Source: a virus
Taxonomy: Duplodnaviria; Caudoviricetes
Reading direction: 5' to 3' (one strand)
Length of the DNA stretch: 41,366 nucleotides
IMG/VR virus record: IMGVR_UViG_3300037484_000895
Location: 1 to 41,366 of that record
Made by a program: the position numbers and the translations under genes. Each line of letters starts with the position of its first letter. Positions within the stretch are counted from its first letter, which is position 1. This document shows positions 1 through 6,462 of the stretch, piece by piece. The notes under the pieces were generated by a model. That model did no database searches and had not been told where the DNA came from. It saw only the letters and a list, made by a program, of their open reading frames with translations.

Positions 1-599
1 TTGTACCGGTCGACCTGGTACCCCATGTCCCGCATCATCCAGGCGTACCGGGAGCACTGCATCCGAAGGTCGAAGTCGTCCGGCTCCCGAAGCGCCCACT
101 CCTTGCGGGTCTTCTCCTGGCCCTTCTTCTCGCCCGACTTGTAGAACTCGCCCGTCGGAACGTCGATCTTGTATTTCCCCTGCAGCCGGACGATCTTCCA
201 CGCGCCGGCCGTCTTGTAGTCGAGCATCTCGTGGACGCCGTCCTCCTCCTCGTAGAAGTCGAAGATGCCCGTGGAGTCGGGATCCTCGAGGCCCTCTTCC
301 ATCAGGGCGTCCGGCAGGTCGAGCTTCTGGTGCTTGAGGTGGTGGAACGTGCCGAGCAGCGCGAACGCCCGGTCGCAGGGCTTCTCGCTGTACGGCGTGG
401 CGATCTGGAGGTAGGCGAGACGGGTCCCGTTGAGCGCCTGGGTCGTGGAGATTTTCCCCTTCCACTGGCGCCGGCTGCGGGAGAACAGGATGCACGTCGG
501 CCGGGAAATGCACCGCTCGGACATCCGGCAGCCGCCCTTCTCGCAGCACTTCTCGATTTCGATCTTCTCCCCGTCCGGGCATTCGAAGTGGGTCCACAT
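1..599 (-). CDS. PD-(D/E)XK nuclease, Cas4/AddB-like phage exonuclease (3' end runs off the window)
   Basis: Not in the ORF track; translated by hand from ATG 599: MWTHFECPDG...LLGTFHH...STGIFD...MLDYKTAG...MQCSRY. It has the GTxxH, D..DxK and QxxxY motifs and a Cys-rich N-terminus; SD GGAGG upstream. Confidence 0.8.
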   Translation of the reverse strand, partial: MWTHFECPDGEKIEIEKCCEKGGCRMSERCISRPTCILFSRSRRQWKGKISTTQALNGTRLAYLQIATPYSEKPCDRAFALLGTFHHLKHQKLDLPDALMEEGLEDPDSTGIFDFYEEEDGVHEMLDYKTAGAWKIVRLQGKYKIDVPTGEFYKSGEKKGQEKTRKEWALREPDDFDLRMQCSRYAWMMRDMGYQVDRY

Positions 600-600
600 A

Positions 601-1131
601 TCAGCGTCCCTCCCTTTCCTGCTCGATGAGGCCGATTGCGTATTCGCGGATCGAGTCGAGGAGTCGATGCTCTTGGCTGTCGATCCGGTACTCCACGGTC
701 TGGGGCGGGACATACTCCGGCCTGGGAGGGGGCGGCGGGTGATCGGCAGGGCAGTTGTGCCATGAGAGTGACAGTTCATTTCCCAACCACGACAGGTCGC
801 GGACTCCGTCGGCGCTTACCCGCACATCGAACCGGCGCAGCCACTCTCCGTTGCACTTCGGGCAGGATATGTTGGCCCTGAGATAGCAGTCGTCGAGATC
901 GTAGCCGAACAAAATCCCCTCGACCTCAAACGACACATCGGGCCAGTACGAGGTGTCGTTGTGCGCGATGACGAGGTGCGGAGGGTTGGGCAGGTTGAAT
1001 GTCTTGCAAATGTCCGCCTGCGCCTGCATGACCCTCTTGTCGAGTCGTTCCTGTTTTTCCGCTGCGGCCTTCGCTTCGCTGGCCGCTTGCTTGTCCCGGT
1101 ATGCCTTGATCGCGTCCTCGCGCAGTCCCAT
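601..1131 (-). CDS. Hypothetical phage protein (176 aa; helical N-terminus, CPKC motif, Pro-rich linker)
   Basis: ATG 1131 with GGAGG SD, tightly packed with neighbours. Confidence 0.75.
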   Translation of the reverse strand: MGLREDAIKAYRDKQAASEAKAAAEKQERLDKRVMQAQADICKTFNLPNPPHLVIAHNDTSYWPDVSFEVEGILFGYDLDDCYLRANISCPKCNGEWLRRFDVRVSADGVRDLSWLGNELSLSWHNCPADHPPPPPRPEYVPPQTVEYRIDSQEHRLLDSIREYAIGLIEQEREGR

Positions 1132-1133
1132 CG

Positions 1134-1319
1134 TTACCTCCCCTCCACCCTCTCTTTTATGTTCTCGATCGCGTCGAGCTGCCGCTCCGTCACATGCCCG
1201 TTCTTTTCGACCCACTCCGCGATCCCCGACAGCGTGTCGTTTGCCCACTCGTAGTCGGGATCGGCGCACAGCTCGTTCAGTTCTTCGAGGACTTCCTCGT
1301 GTCCACAGTTTTCACACAT
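1134..1319 (-). CDS. Small acidic hypothetical protein (61 aa, CENC)
   Basis: ATG 1319 with SD; MCENCGHEEVLEEL... Confidence 0.7.
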   Translation of the reverse strand: MCENCGHEEVLEELNELCADPDYEWANDTLSGIAEWVEKNGHVTERQLDAIENIKERVEGR

Positions 1320-1512
1320 CGGCGCGGCCTTCCCTCCTGCTTTCCGCCTCGTCGATCTTCCGGTCGGTCGATTCGCAATATTCACAGCAGTACAGCTGCC
1401 CCGGTTCCTCCGGGACGAACGGATATCCGCAGAGGCGGCAGGATCGTTTGGCGAGCGCGGCCATCAACGGGTGATCCTTGAGGCGATCCTTGAGAGGCAA
1501 GCGATTGCTCAT
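1312..1512 (-). CDS. Small Zn-finger-like protein (CRLC...YCCEYC)
   Basis: ATG 1512 overlaps the upstream stop (ATGA); CxxC-x(n)-YCxxxC pattern. Confidence 0.7.
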   Translation of the reverse strand: MSNRLPLKDRLKDHPLMAALAKRSCRLCGYPFVPEEPGQLYCCEYCESTDRKIDEAESRREGRADV

Positions 1513-1601
1513 CTCAGCCACCCAATAGCCAGCGCAAGGATCAGCAGGACGGCGGCTCCCATCAGGCAGATGGCGGCGAGGTCATACTGTCGGTTGCTCA
1601 C
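1509..1601 (-). CDS. 30-aa single-TM peptide
   Basis: GTG 1601 overlaps the upstream TGA; MSNRQYDLAAICLMGAAVLLILALAIGWLR. Confidence 0.6.
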   Translation of the reverse strand: MSNRQYDLAAICLMGAAVLLILALAIGWLR

Positions 1602-1705
1602 GTCGGCCCCCATTTCTTCCGGTCCCACTTGATGACTGCGAGAATGGCGACGACGAGCCCGATGTAGATGATCGCGATACGCAGGAGTATGGATTTCCAA
1701 CTCAT
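1598..1705 (-). CDS. 35-aa single-TM peptide
   Basis: Not in the ORF track; ATGA-coupled; MSWKSILLRIAIIYIGLVVAILAVIKWDRKKWGPT. Confidence 0.65.
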   Translation of the reverse strand: MSWKSILLRIAIIYIGLVVAILAVIKWDRKKWGPT

Positions 1706-1809
1706 CCGAAGAACCTCGCAACCGCCACCGCGACCACACCCATGACGAACAGAAGCATCAGCGTGTCGGCGACCAACTTCCCGGTCTCAGTGAGGATCGG
1801 GCGTTTCAT
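1702..1809 (-). CDS. 35-aa single-TM peptide
   Basis: ATGA-coupled with GGAGG SD; MKRPILTETGKLVADTLMLLFVMGVVAVAVARFFG. Confidence 0.65.
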   Translation of the reverse strand: MKRPILTETGKLVADTLMLLFVMGVVAVAVARFFG

Positions 1810-2105
1810 ACTGCCCTCCGTTCCGGCTTGGCATAGCGCGGATGGAAATGGTTCAGCAGTTTCCCGGTCCGGCGATCGAGGTTCCGCCGGATGCCGAACA
1901 CGTCGTGGGCGAAATTGAAGTCGTCGGCGGTCAGGAGTTCGGCCAGGAGCAACGGTGTTCCGTTGCAATGGCAGGCCGCGAGGTCCATCTGGGCGTCCCT
2001 CTCGGCATAGCGCCAACCGCCTTCGTCTGCCATCATGGTGGCGCGGTGAACGATCTTCTCGATGATCTTGATGGCTTTCTTGTCTACATCGAACCGTATG
2101 GTCAA
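1806..2105 (-). CDS. Conserved phage protein, DUF6874-like
   Basis: Motif MDLAACHCNGTPL..LL.ADDFNFAHDVFGIRR.LDR.TGKL...F.PRY recognised from prophage early regions; TTG start overlapping the upstream stop with GGAGG SD (alternative ATG 2117). Confidence 0.75.
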   Translation of the reverse strand: MTIRFDVDKKAIKIIEKIVHRATMMADEGGWRYAERDAQMDLAACHCNGTPLLLAELLTADDFNFAHDVFGIRRNLDRRTGKLLNHFHPRYAKPERRAV

Positions 2106-2410
2106 GCTGCCCTCCATTTCTGGCGTTCCTTCTCCTCGTAGGCGAGGAGGAACGTCTGCGGAATGTGGTACTCGTGACAGGCACGTTCCACCTGCGACTC
2201 CCGGGAGACAACCGGCACGCCGAGGTTGCGGATCCTCGCCACCCGGGTTCTGAAATCCCACCCGCCGCCAGCGCCTTCGAGGCGCTCGCCCGGAACCCAC
2301 CCTCCTGGCAGCAGCGCGCGGAATACCTTCGCCTTCCGCGTGTCCTGGTTCCGCAGCGCGAGGATCTTGTCCCATTGGGCGTCGGGGTAGGAGGCGACGA
2401 AGAGATCCAT
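2102..2410 (-). CDS. Hypothetical protein, possible winged-HTH
   Basis: TGATG coupling; FRTRVARIRNLGVPVVS...EYHI resembles a wHTH recognition helix plus wing. Confidence 0.6.
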   Translation of the reverse strand: MDLFVASYPDAQWDKILALRNQDTRKAKVFRALLPGGWVPGERLEGAGGGWDFRTRVARIRNLGVPVVSRESQVERACHEYHIPQTFLLAYEEKERQKWRAA

Positions 2411-2664
2411 CAGGCCACCGCCTCGGGGCCATCGAGCATCGGTGTCTTGCCCACACGGACGATGCACTCCGGCTTGAGGATCCCGGTGAAGTTATAGTCG
2501 ATGAACTTGAACCAGAAACCCTGCCCTCTTTCGGCGTGGGACTTCCCGAGGTACTCCACAAACCGGACTACCGACCCAACCTTCTTCGGCTGAAGCGGGC
2601 GCCGGATGGCGATGTAGAACTGCTCCCCCACCTTGAGGATCGGCAGCAGGTCGGCCGTTTTCAT
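2410..2664 (-). CDS. Hypothetical beta-rich protein (84 aa)
   Basis: ATGA-coupled start at 2664; MKTADLLPILKVGEQFYI... Confidence 0.65.
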   Translation of the reverse strand: MKTADLLPILKVGEQFYIAIRRPLQPKKVGSVVRFVEYLGKSHAERGQGFWFKFIDYNFTGILKPECIVRVGKTPMLDGPEAVA

Positions 2665-2903
2665 CTCCGCACCCCATTCGCCGTCCGCCAGATGCGCTCC
2701 GACTTCTCCTTGAACATTTCCTCCTGCTCCGGCGTGAACGGCCGGAACGCGGCGTCGGCGAACGTGGGGTCGACGCCCGGGCGGGAGCCGCGGTGCTCGC
2801 CCGGTCTGTGGCACCAGCAGTCGCAGGTCGTCTTCTCGCAGCATCCGGCGTCGTGGTAGCCGCTGAGCGGACAATGAGAAGAACAGGTGCAAATGATGGG
2901 CAT
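2661..2903 (-). CDS. Cys/His-rich small protein, first gene of the leftward operon
   Basis: Strong SD AAAGGAGG; MPIICTCSSHCPLSGYHDAGCCEKTTCDCWCH... Confidence 0.7.
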   Translation of the reverse strand: MPIICTCSSHCPLSGYHDAGCCEKTTCDCWCHRPGEHRGSRPGVDPTFADAAFRPFTPEQEEMFKEKSERIWRTANGVRR

Positions 2904-2922
2904 CGTGCCTCCTTTCGTTTGT

Positions 2923-3592
2923 GGCCCCGGCGGGGTGTCGCCACCCTTCCGGCGGGTGCTCACGGAAACGGACGCCGGGACCGTCAGTGGAACCCCTTCT
3001 CATCCGGCTCCCTGACCGGCCTCGGGGCGGTATTGTTCACTTCCACGAGAGGGAGGGTCGGGGATTATCGCCGGGAGATCAGCCCCGAAAACGAATGCCC
3101 CGCACGACGTATGCTCTGCTCCAAGGGGGCCCCAAGCAGTTAGCAAGACCTCCCTCTCGTGCAAGCGTGCTGGCGGGTATCTTCCCCACGGATTCGTGCG
3201 CGGCTCGTTCTCCGATAGGGACCATGTGTTCCCTGCCGATCCCTACCCGCTCGCTCGACTTCCCGATCCCGGTTCCTTTTCGCTATCCTCCTATCCGATA
3301 CGTGCTCATCGGGGAGGGGCCGATACAACGTCCGAGGACAGATCGGCAGCTATTCGCTACTCAGGCAACCCGCCGGGGTGCGCGTCCGCTCTCAGCCCGC
3401 TTCCGGCAACGTGTCCCGCCAGCACTTTCAAAGATCGGTTTGCGGTGGCGCCGTCCCGAAGTCACGGCTTTAAGCCCTCTTCTGCGTGGGGCACCCTTAC
3501 GTTTCGCCCCTCCGTTCCCCTTCCTTCCATCCACGCGGCCGGTAGTCGGGACCGCCAGGCTCGTGGGCTGAAGGTCAAGGGGCGGTGAGGCT
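2923..3592 (-). ncRNA. Putative large structured leader RNA of the leftward (pL-like) transcript
   Basis: No credible ORF; four successive long-range closing helices (3446-3459/3546-3557, 3167-3177/3415-3425, 3044-3059/3147-3161, 2923-2932/2973-2982); a GCGA tetraloop and a U-G pair favour the minus strand. Confidence 0.6.
3426..3436 (-). promoter_or_regulatory. boxA-like antitermination sequence (GATCTTTGAAA)
   Basis: Resembles rrn/nut boxA; lies in the single-stranded linker between two RNA domains of the leader. Confidence 0.5.
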
Positions 3593-3599
3593 GAGGGGG

Positions 3600-3629
3600 A
3601 GATTAACCCGTGGGGTTACGGCATGTCAA
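3600..3629 (-). promoter_or_regulatory. pL-like sigma70 promoter
   Basis: TTGACA (3629-3624), 18-nt spacer, TAATCT (3605-3600); AT-rich upstream region; operator lies in the spacer. Confidence 0.8.
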
Positions 3630-3654
3630 GTATTATTTTTAACCTATGGGGTTA
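3604..3654. promoter_or_regulatory. Left operators: TAACCCGTGGGGTTA (3604-3618) and TAACCTATGGGGTTA (3640-3654)
   Basis: 15-bp palindromes TAACC(C)-N-(G)GGTTA, matching the two sites at the cI/cro junction. Confidence 0.85.
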
Positions 3655-3665
3655 TTGATGCGGAC

Positions 3666-3692
3666 AAAAAAATAGCCCCCGGGAAGGGGCTA
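3666..3692 (-). terminator. Intrinsic terminator of the repressor operon
   Basis: Minus strand TAGCCCC-TTCCCG-GGGGCTA followed by T7. Confidence 0.85.
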
Positions 3693-3709
3693 CGGGATCG
3701 AAGGTGATT

Positions 3710-3961
3710 TTACGCCAGAATTATCTCGTCTTCCTGTGGTGGAATGTCTTTTATTATCGGCGGGGTACCCTCCGGCTTTCCGGCGTGGCCACAGTACCCG
3801 ACGCGCTTTCTTCCATGGATCCCGGGCTGTTCAGCCCACCGCCACCAGGCGCAGCGGGAGCCTTGACAGGCGTCGTCGATCAGCTTTTCATCGGTAAGAA
3901 AGAAGGCGAGCGCGAAGATCGGGCAGGCTTTCTCGTGGGCTTTTTCCTCGGTAAGCCACAT
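3710..3961 (-). CDS. Small Cys-containing conserved phage protein
   Basis: CP...CxGSxCAWWRW...GYCGHAGKP pattern; TGATG-coupled to the lipoprotein gene. Confidence 0.7.
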   Translation of the reverse strand: MWLTEEKAHEKACPIFALAFFLTDEKLIDDACQGSRCAWWRWAEQPGIHGRKRVGYCGHAGKPEGTPPIIKDIPPQEDEIILA

Positions 3962-4440
3962 CACCAGGACTCGTTTGCTTGGGGGGATCGAAGCGCGGCC
4001 CCCAGATCATCCGCAAGGGACAACAGTTTTGGCCGGATCAGGTCCATGCTTCGTTGGTATTTTACCGGATAATCCCCGGTACCCTCAAATAAATTATCGA
4101 AAGTGATTCTGATTTTTTCGTCCTTTATGTCCTCCTTCATTGTGAATCGAACAGGTACCATTGCGGTGAGGCCAAACGGGCCAGCCGTAACGGGATAGGA
4201 AACGATGCCATTGCCTATAATCACGCCGGTTTCCTTGTTCTCATACTCAATTACCGCCTTGGAAGAACGGAAGGTCTTTGCGATCCAGATCCTTGATCTT
4301 TCATAGATTACATTTTTATTGACACCAGGTATTTCTATTGTTTTCTGTACCGTGGTGGCCTCCGCCGGGATCATGGCTGGCATGCATCCAGAGAAAATAG
4401 AAATAAACGATAGGATTATAATGACGGATTGTGTTTTCAT
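3961..4440 (-). CDS. Lipoprotein, DUF4468-like; candidate superinfection-exclusion or lysogenic-conversion gene
   Basis: Lipobox FSG-C after a hydrophobic signal; IYERSRIWIAKTFRSSKAVIEYENKETGVIIGNG motif; C-terminal W; AT-rich; directly downstream of cI. Confidence 0.75.
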   Translation of the reverse strand: MKTQSVIIILSFISIFSGCMPAMIPAEATTVQKTIEIPGVNKNVIYERSRIWIAKTFRSSKAVIEYENKETGVIIGNGIVSYPVTAGPFGLTAMVPVRFTMKEDIKDEKIRITFDNLFEGTGDYPVKYQRSMDLIRPKLLSLADDLGAALRSPQANESW

Positions 4441-4459
4441 TTTATCTCCTCCTCGGCAA

Positions 4460-4759
4460 TTATGGCGGTAAGAATAATTTGTAAACGTTTTCTCCAAGCC
4501 CAAGATATTCCGCTATTTCTATTATCCTTGAAAGTGTAACATTCTCCTTCCCGCTCTCAATCCTTGAAATATAGGGCCCTTTCCCTTCCTTCTTGCATAT
4601 ATGCCTCGCCATTTCTGCCTGCGAAAGTGTTTTTCCATTGCCCCCTGTCTTCCCTTTCCTTAGGGCTTTTATATTCGCCCCCATCCGCTCGGAGGCGGCA
4701 GAAGGTATAAATGATATTTTCCCCCCAGGATCACCCTTAGTTTTCGCCGCATTTTTCAC
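4460..4759 (-). CDS. CI-like XRE-family HTH repressor (no S24 autoprotease domain)
   Basis: GANIKALR..LSQAEMA...YISRIESGKENVTLSRIIEIAEYLG is a typical XRE HTH; divergent from the cro-like gene; start uncertain (GTG 4759 or ATG 4684). Confidence 0.85.
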   Translation of the reverse strand: MKNAAKTKGDPGGKISFIPSAASERMGANIKALRKGKTGGNGKTLSQAEMARHICKKEGKGPYISRIESGKENVTLSRIIEIAEYLGLGENVYKLFLPP

Positions 4760-4762
4760 CGT

Positions 4763-4816
4763 TAACCCCTTGGGTTATATTTTTACTTGACATGGTTTAA
4801 CCCTGTCGGTTAATAT
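4763..4816 (+). promoter_or_regulatory. pR-like promoter with right operators TAACCCCTTGGGTTA (4763-4777) and TAACCCTGTCGGTTA (4798-4812)
   Basis: TTGACA 4787-4792, 18-nt spacer, TAATAT 4811-4816; same operator geometry as pL. Confidence 0.85.
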
Positions 4817-4838
4817 CCGTGAGCAGAAGGAGGGAACC

Positions 4839-5069
4839 ATGCATCCATTGAAGGTGGTCAAGGAAGCGAAGGGCCTGACGTATCGCGAAATGTCGGTCCG
4901 CATAAAGAAATCGACAAAAGAAACCATCCGTCCCGAGTTGCTCGCCCAGTACGCCGCGCTACTCAAGATACCGAGCGCAAAACGGGCGGACGTGATCCAC
5001 CGGGCATACCCAGAAATCAGCCGGGAATCCCTTCTGTACCCGGAAAAGCGCCGGGCCAGGGTTGCATGA
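4839..5069 (+). CDS. Cro-like HTH regulator
   Basis: 76 aa, basic, HPLK...GLTYREMS...; first gene after pR; strong SD. Confidence 0.8.
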   Translation: MHPLKVVKEAKGLTYREMSVRIKKSTKETIRPELLAQYAALLKIPSAKRADVIHRAYPEISRESLLYPEKRRARVA

Positions 5070-5071
5070 AG

Positions 5072-5100
5072 ATTATGCCCTGCAAGGTTACATTGCGCCA
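5072..5100 (-). promoter_or_regulatory. Possible pRE-like leftward promoter
   Basis: Minus strand TGGCGC-17-CATAAT with an upstream A-tract, located between cro and the cII-like gene as in lambdoid phages; poor -35 would fit activator dependence. Confidence 0.35.
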
Positions 5101-5174
5101 TGTATTTTTTTTACCCCATGACGAATTAAACGCCTTCTAAATTCGATTTACCCCCGGAAGGGTGGCCTCGATAA

Positions 5175-5573
5175 ATGGCGGTAAAACCGGAAGAAAAAAA
5201 CCAACTGACCATCGAGTGGCCGACCGACACGCCGCTTCCCGATCCTCGGCAGTTCTCCAGTCCGAACGAGTTCGCGCACCACGTCTGCGACAACTGCGGC
5301 CTATCGCACAAGCAGATCGCCGGAGCGATCGAGATGTCCCCTTCGCTTCTCACGCAGAAGCTTCACGGGAACACGGCGAGCCTGTCTTCAGACGAATATC
5401 TCCGGATCGCTAGGGCACTCATACGGCTCGGCAAAGAGAAGTGGGGACGGTTGATGTTTCAATACTTCGCCCTGCAACTCCTGCCGCCGCCCGGATACAA
5501 GGAGAAACTGCGGTCTGAACGGAAGACCCTCCAGGCGCGCATCGAACGGATCAACGAGGAACTGGATCGCTGA
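5175..5573 (+). CDS. CII-like HTH regulatory protein
   Basis: GLSHKQIAGAIEMSPSLLTQKL HTH plus C-terminal coiled coil; position after cro. Confidence 0.7.
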   Translation: MAVKPEEKNQLTIEWPTDTPLPDPRQFSSPNEFAHHVCDNCGLSHKQIAGAIEMSPSLLTQKLHGNTASLSSDEYLRIARALIRLGKEKWGRLMFQYFALQLLPPPGYKEKLRSERKTLQARIERINEELDR

Positions 5574-6232
5574 TGGCCTGCCCGTATTTACACAAGCCTG
5601 GACCCTGCGCCAAGCGGCAGGAATGGACGACTCCCGCACCGAGCGACTGCAGGGAGTGCGATTTCAGGGGGCGGCCAGCGACCTCGGATGATACGAAACC
5701 GCCTTCCGATGATACGAAACGGCCTGATCCTGCAACGCTTCGCCCGAAAACCGAAACGATCACCCCGCCGAAGGAGGCCCCCGTGCCGAACAAGATGACG
5801 CCGAAGGAGAGGTGCCTCGCGCTGCTTACCCGGAACGGGTCTGTTTCGCCGAGTCTGATGATGCAGCGCTGCCATATCTCCTCGGAAGATCTGAGGGTGA
5901 TCGTCGCTGCGGGCGAGATCAAGTCCTGGCCCTACCGTGGCATCCGCCAAAGGATGACGGCGGTCTACACGCTCCCGGATGCGAAGGACCCCCGCACGAA
6001 GGAGATGATCGAGGCCAAGCCTCCCTCGAAGCCGGAGAAGAAGGCGGCGCCGGCCAAAGCCTGGCCGGTAGCCCATTCCGTGCCGCGGGATGGCGGCGCC
6101 AAGCCCGCCCCGCGACCGCCGAAGGCGGCAGTTGCGGTAGGCAGCAGTCCTTTCGCTGCGGTGATCGCTGATCTGGAGCACCGGCGGGACGTCATAAATA
6201 ACGCCATCGAGGGGCTGAGGGCGCTGGCGTGA
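5573..6232 (+). CDS. Hypothetical Pro/Lys-rich protein (Cys-rich N-terminus, possible central wHTH)
   Basis: TGATG-coupled ORF; short internal duplication SDDTKP/SDDTKR. Confidence 0.65.
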   Translation: MACPYLHKPGPCAKRQEWTTPAPSDCRECDFRGRPATSDDTKPPSDDTKRPDPATLRPKTETITPPKEAPVPNKMTPKERCLALLTRNGSVSPSLMMQRCHISSEDLRVIVAAGEIKSWPYRGIRQRMTAVYTLPDAKDPRTKEMIEAKPPSKPEKKAAPAKAWPVAHSVPRDGGAKPAPRPPKAAVAVGSSPFAAVIADLEHRRDVINNAIEGLRALA

Positions 6233-6462
6233 ACTGCCCCGTCTGCGGAACAGCCCGACCCGCGAACCCCTGGATAACAGGAATCATCTTCAAGCCCTAT
6301 ACGGAGATTCCGCTGGCGGTCTCGTACCGCTGCACATCTCCCTGTACGAACAATCGGGATATCAAATGGCCTAACGCCAGCAGGGAGCAACGTCAGCAGG
6401 CTTATCTCGCGCAGCAGAGCCGGAACGCGGCGAACGAAATGATGATGGGGGGCCGACCATAG
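6229..6462 (+). CDS. Small Zn-ribbon-like protein
   Basis: GTGA-coupled; CPVC...CTSPC. Confidence 0.65.
   Translation: MNCPVCGTARPANPWITGIIFKPYTEIPLAVSYRCTSPCTNNRDIKWPNASREQRQQAYLAQQSRNAANEMMMGGRP

Noticed and set aside
3140-3328. 62-aa minus-strand ORF and plus-strand ORFs inside the leader
   Set aside because: TTG/GTG starts without a suitably spaced SD and low-complexity Arg/Pro content; the region is better explained by RNA helices
2923-3592. tRNA, tmRNA, hammerhead ribozyme or TPP riboswitch in the leader
   Set aside because: No cloverleaf with a T-loop and CCA end, and no CUGANGA/GAAA core in the three-way junction. GCUGAGA occurs, but the rest of the TPP consensus does not.
4816-4825. 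TCCGTGAGCA shared between the pR start region and leader domain D4
   Set aside because: Only 10 nt, same sense in both transcripts, and mostly upstream of the expected +1; probably chance
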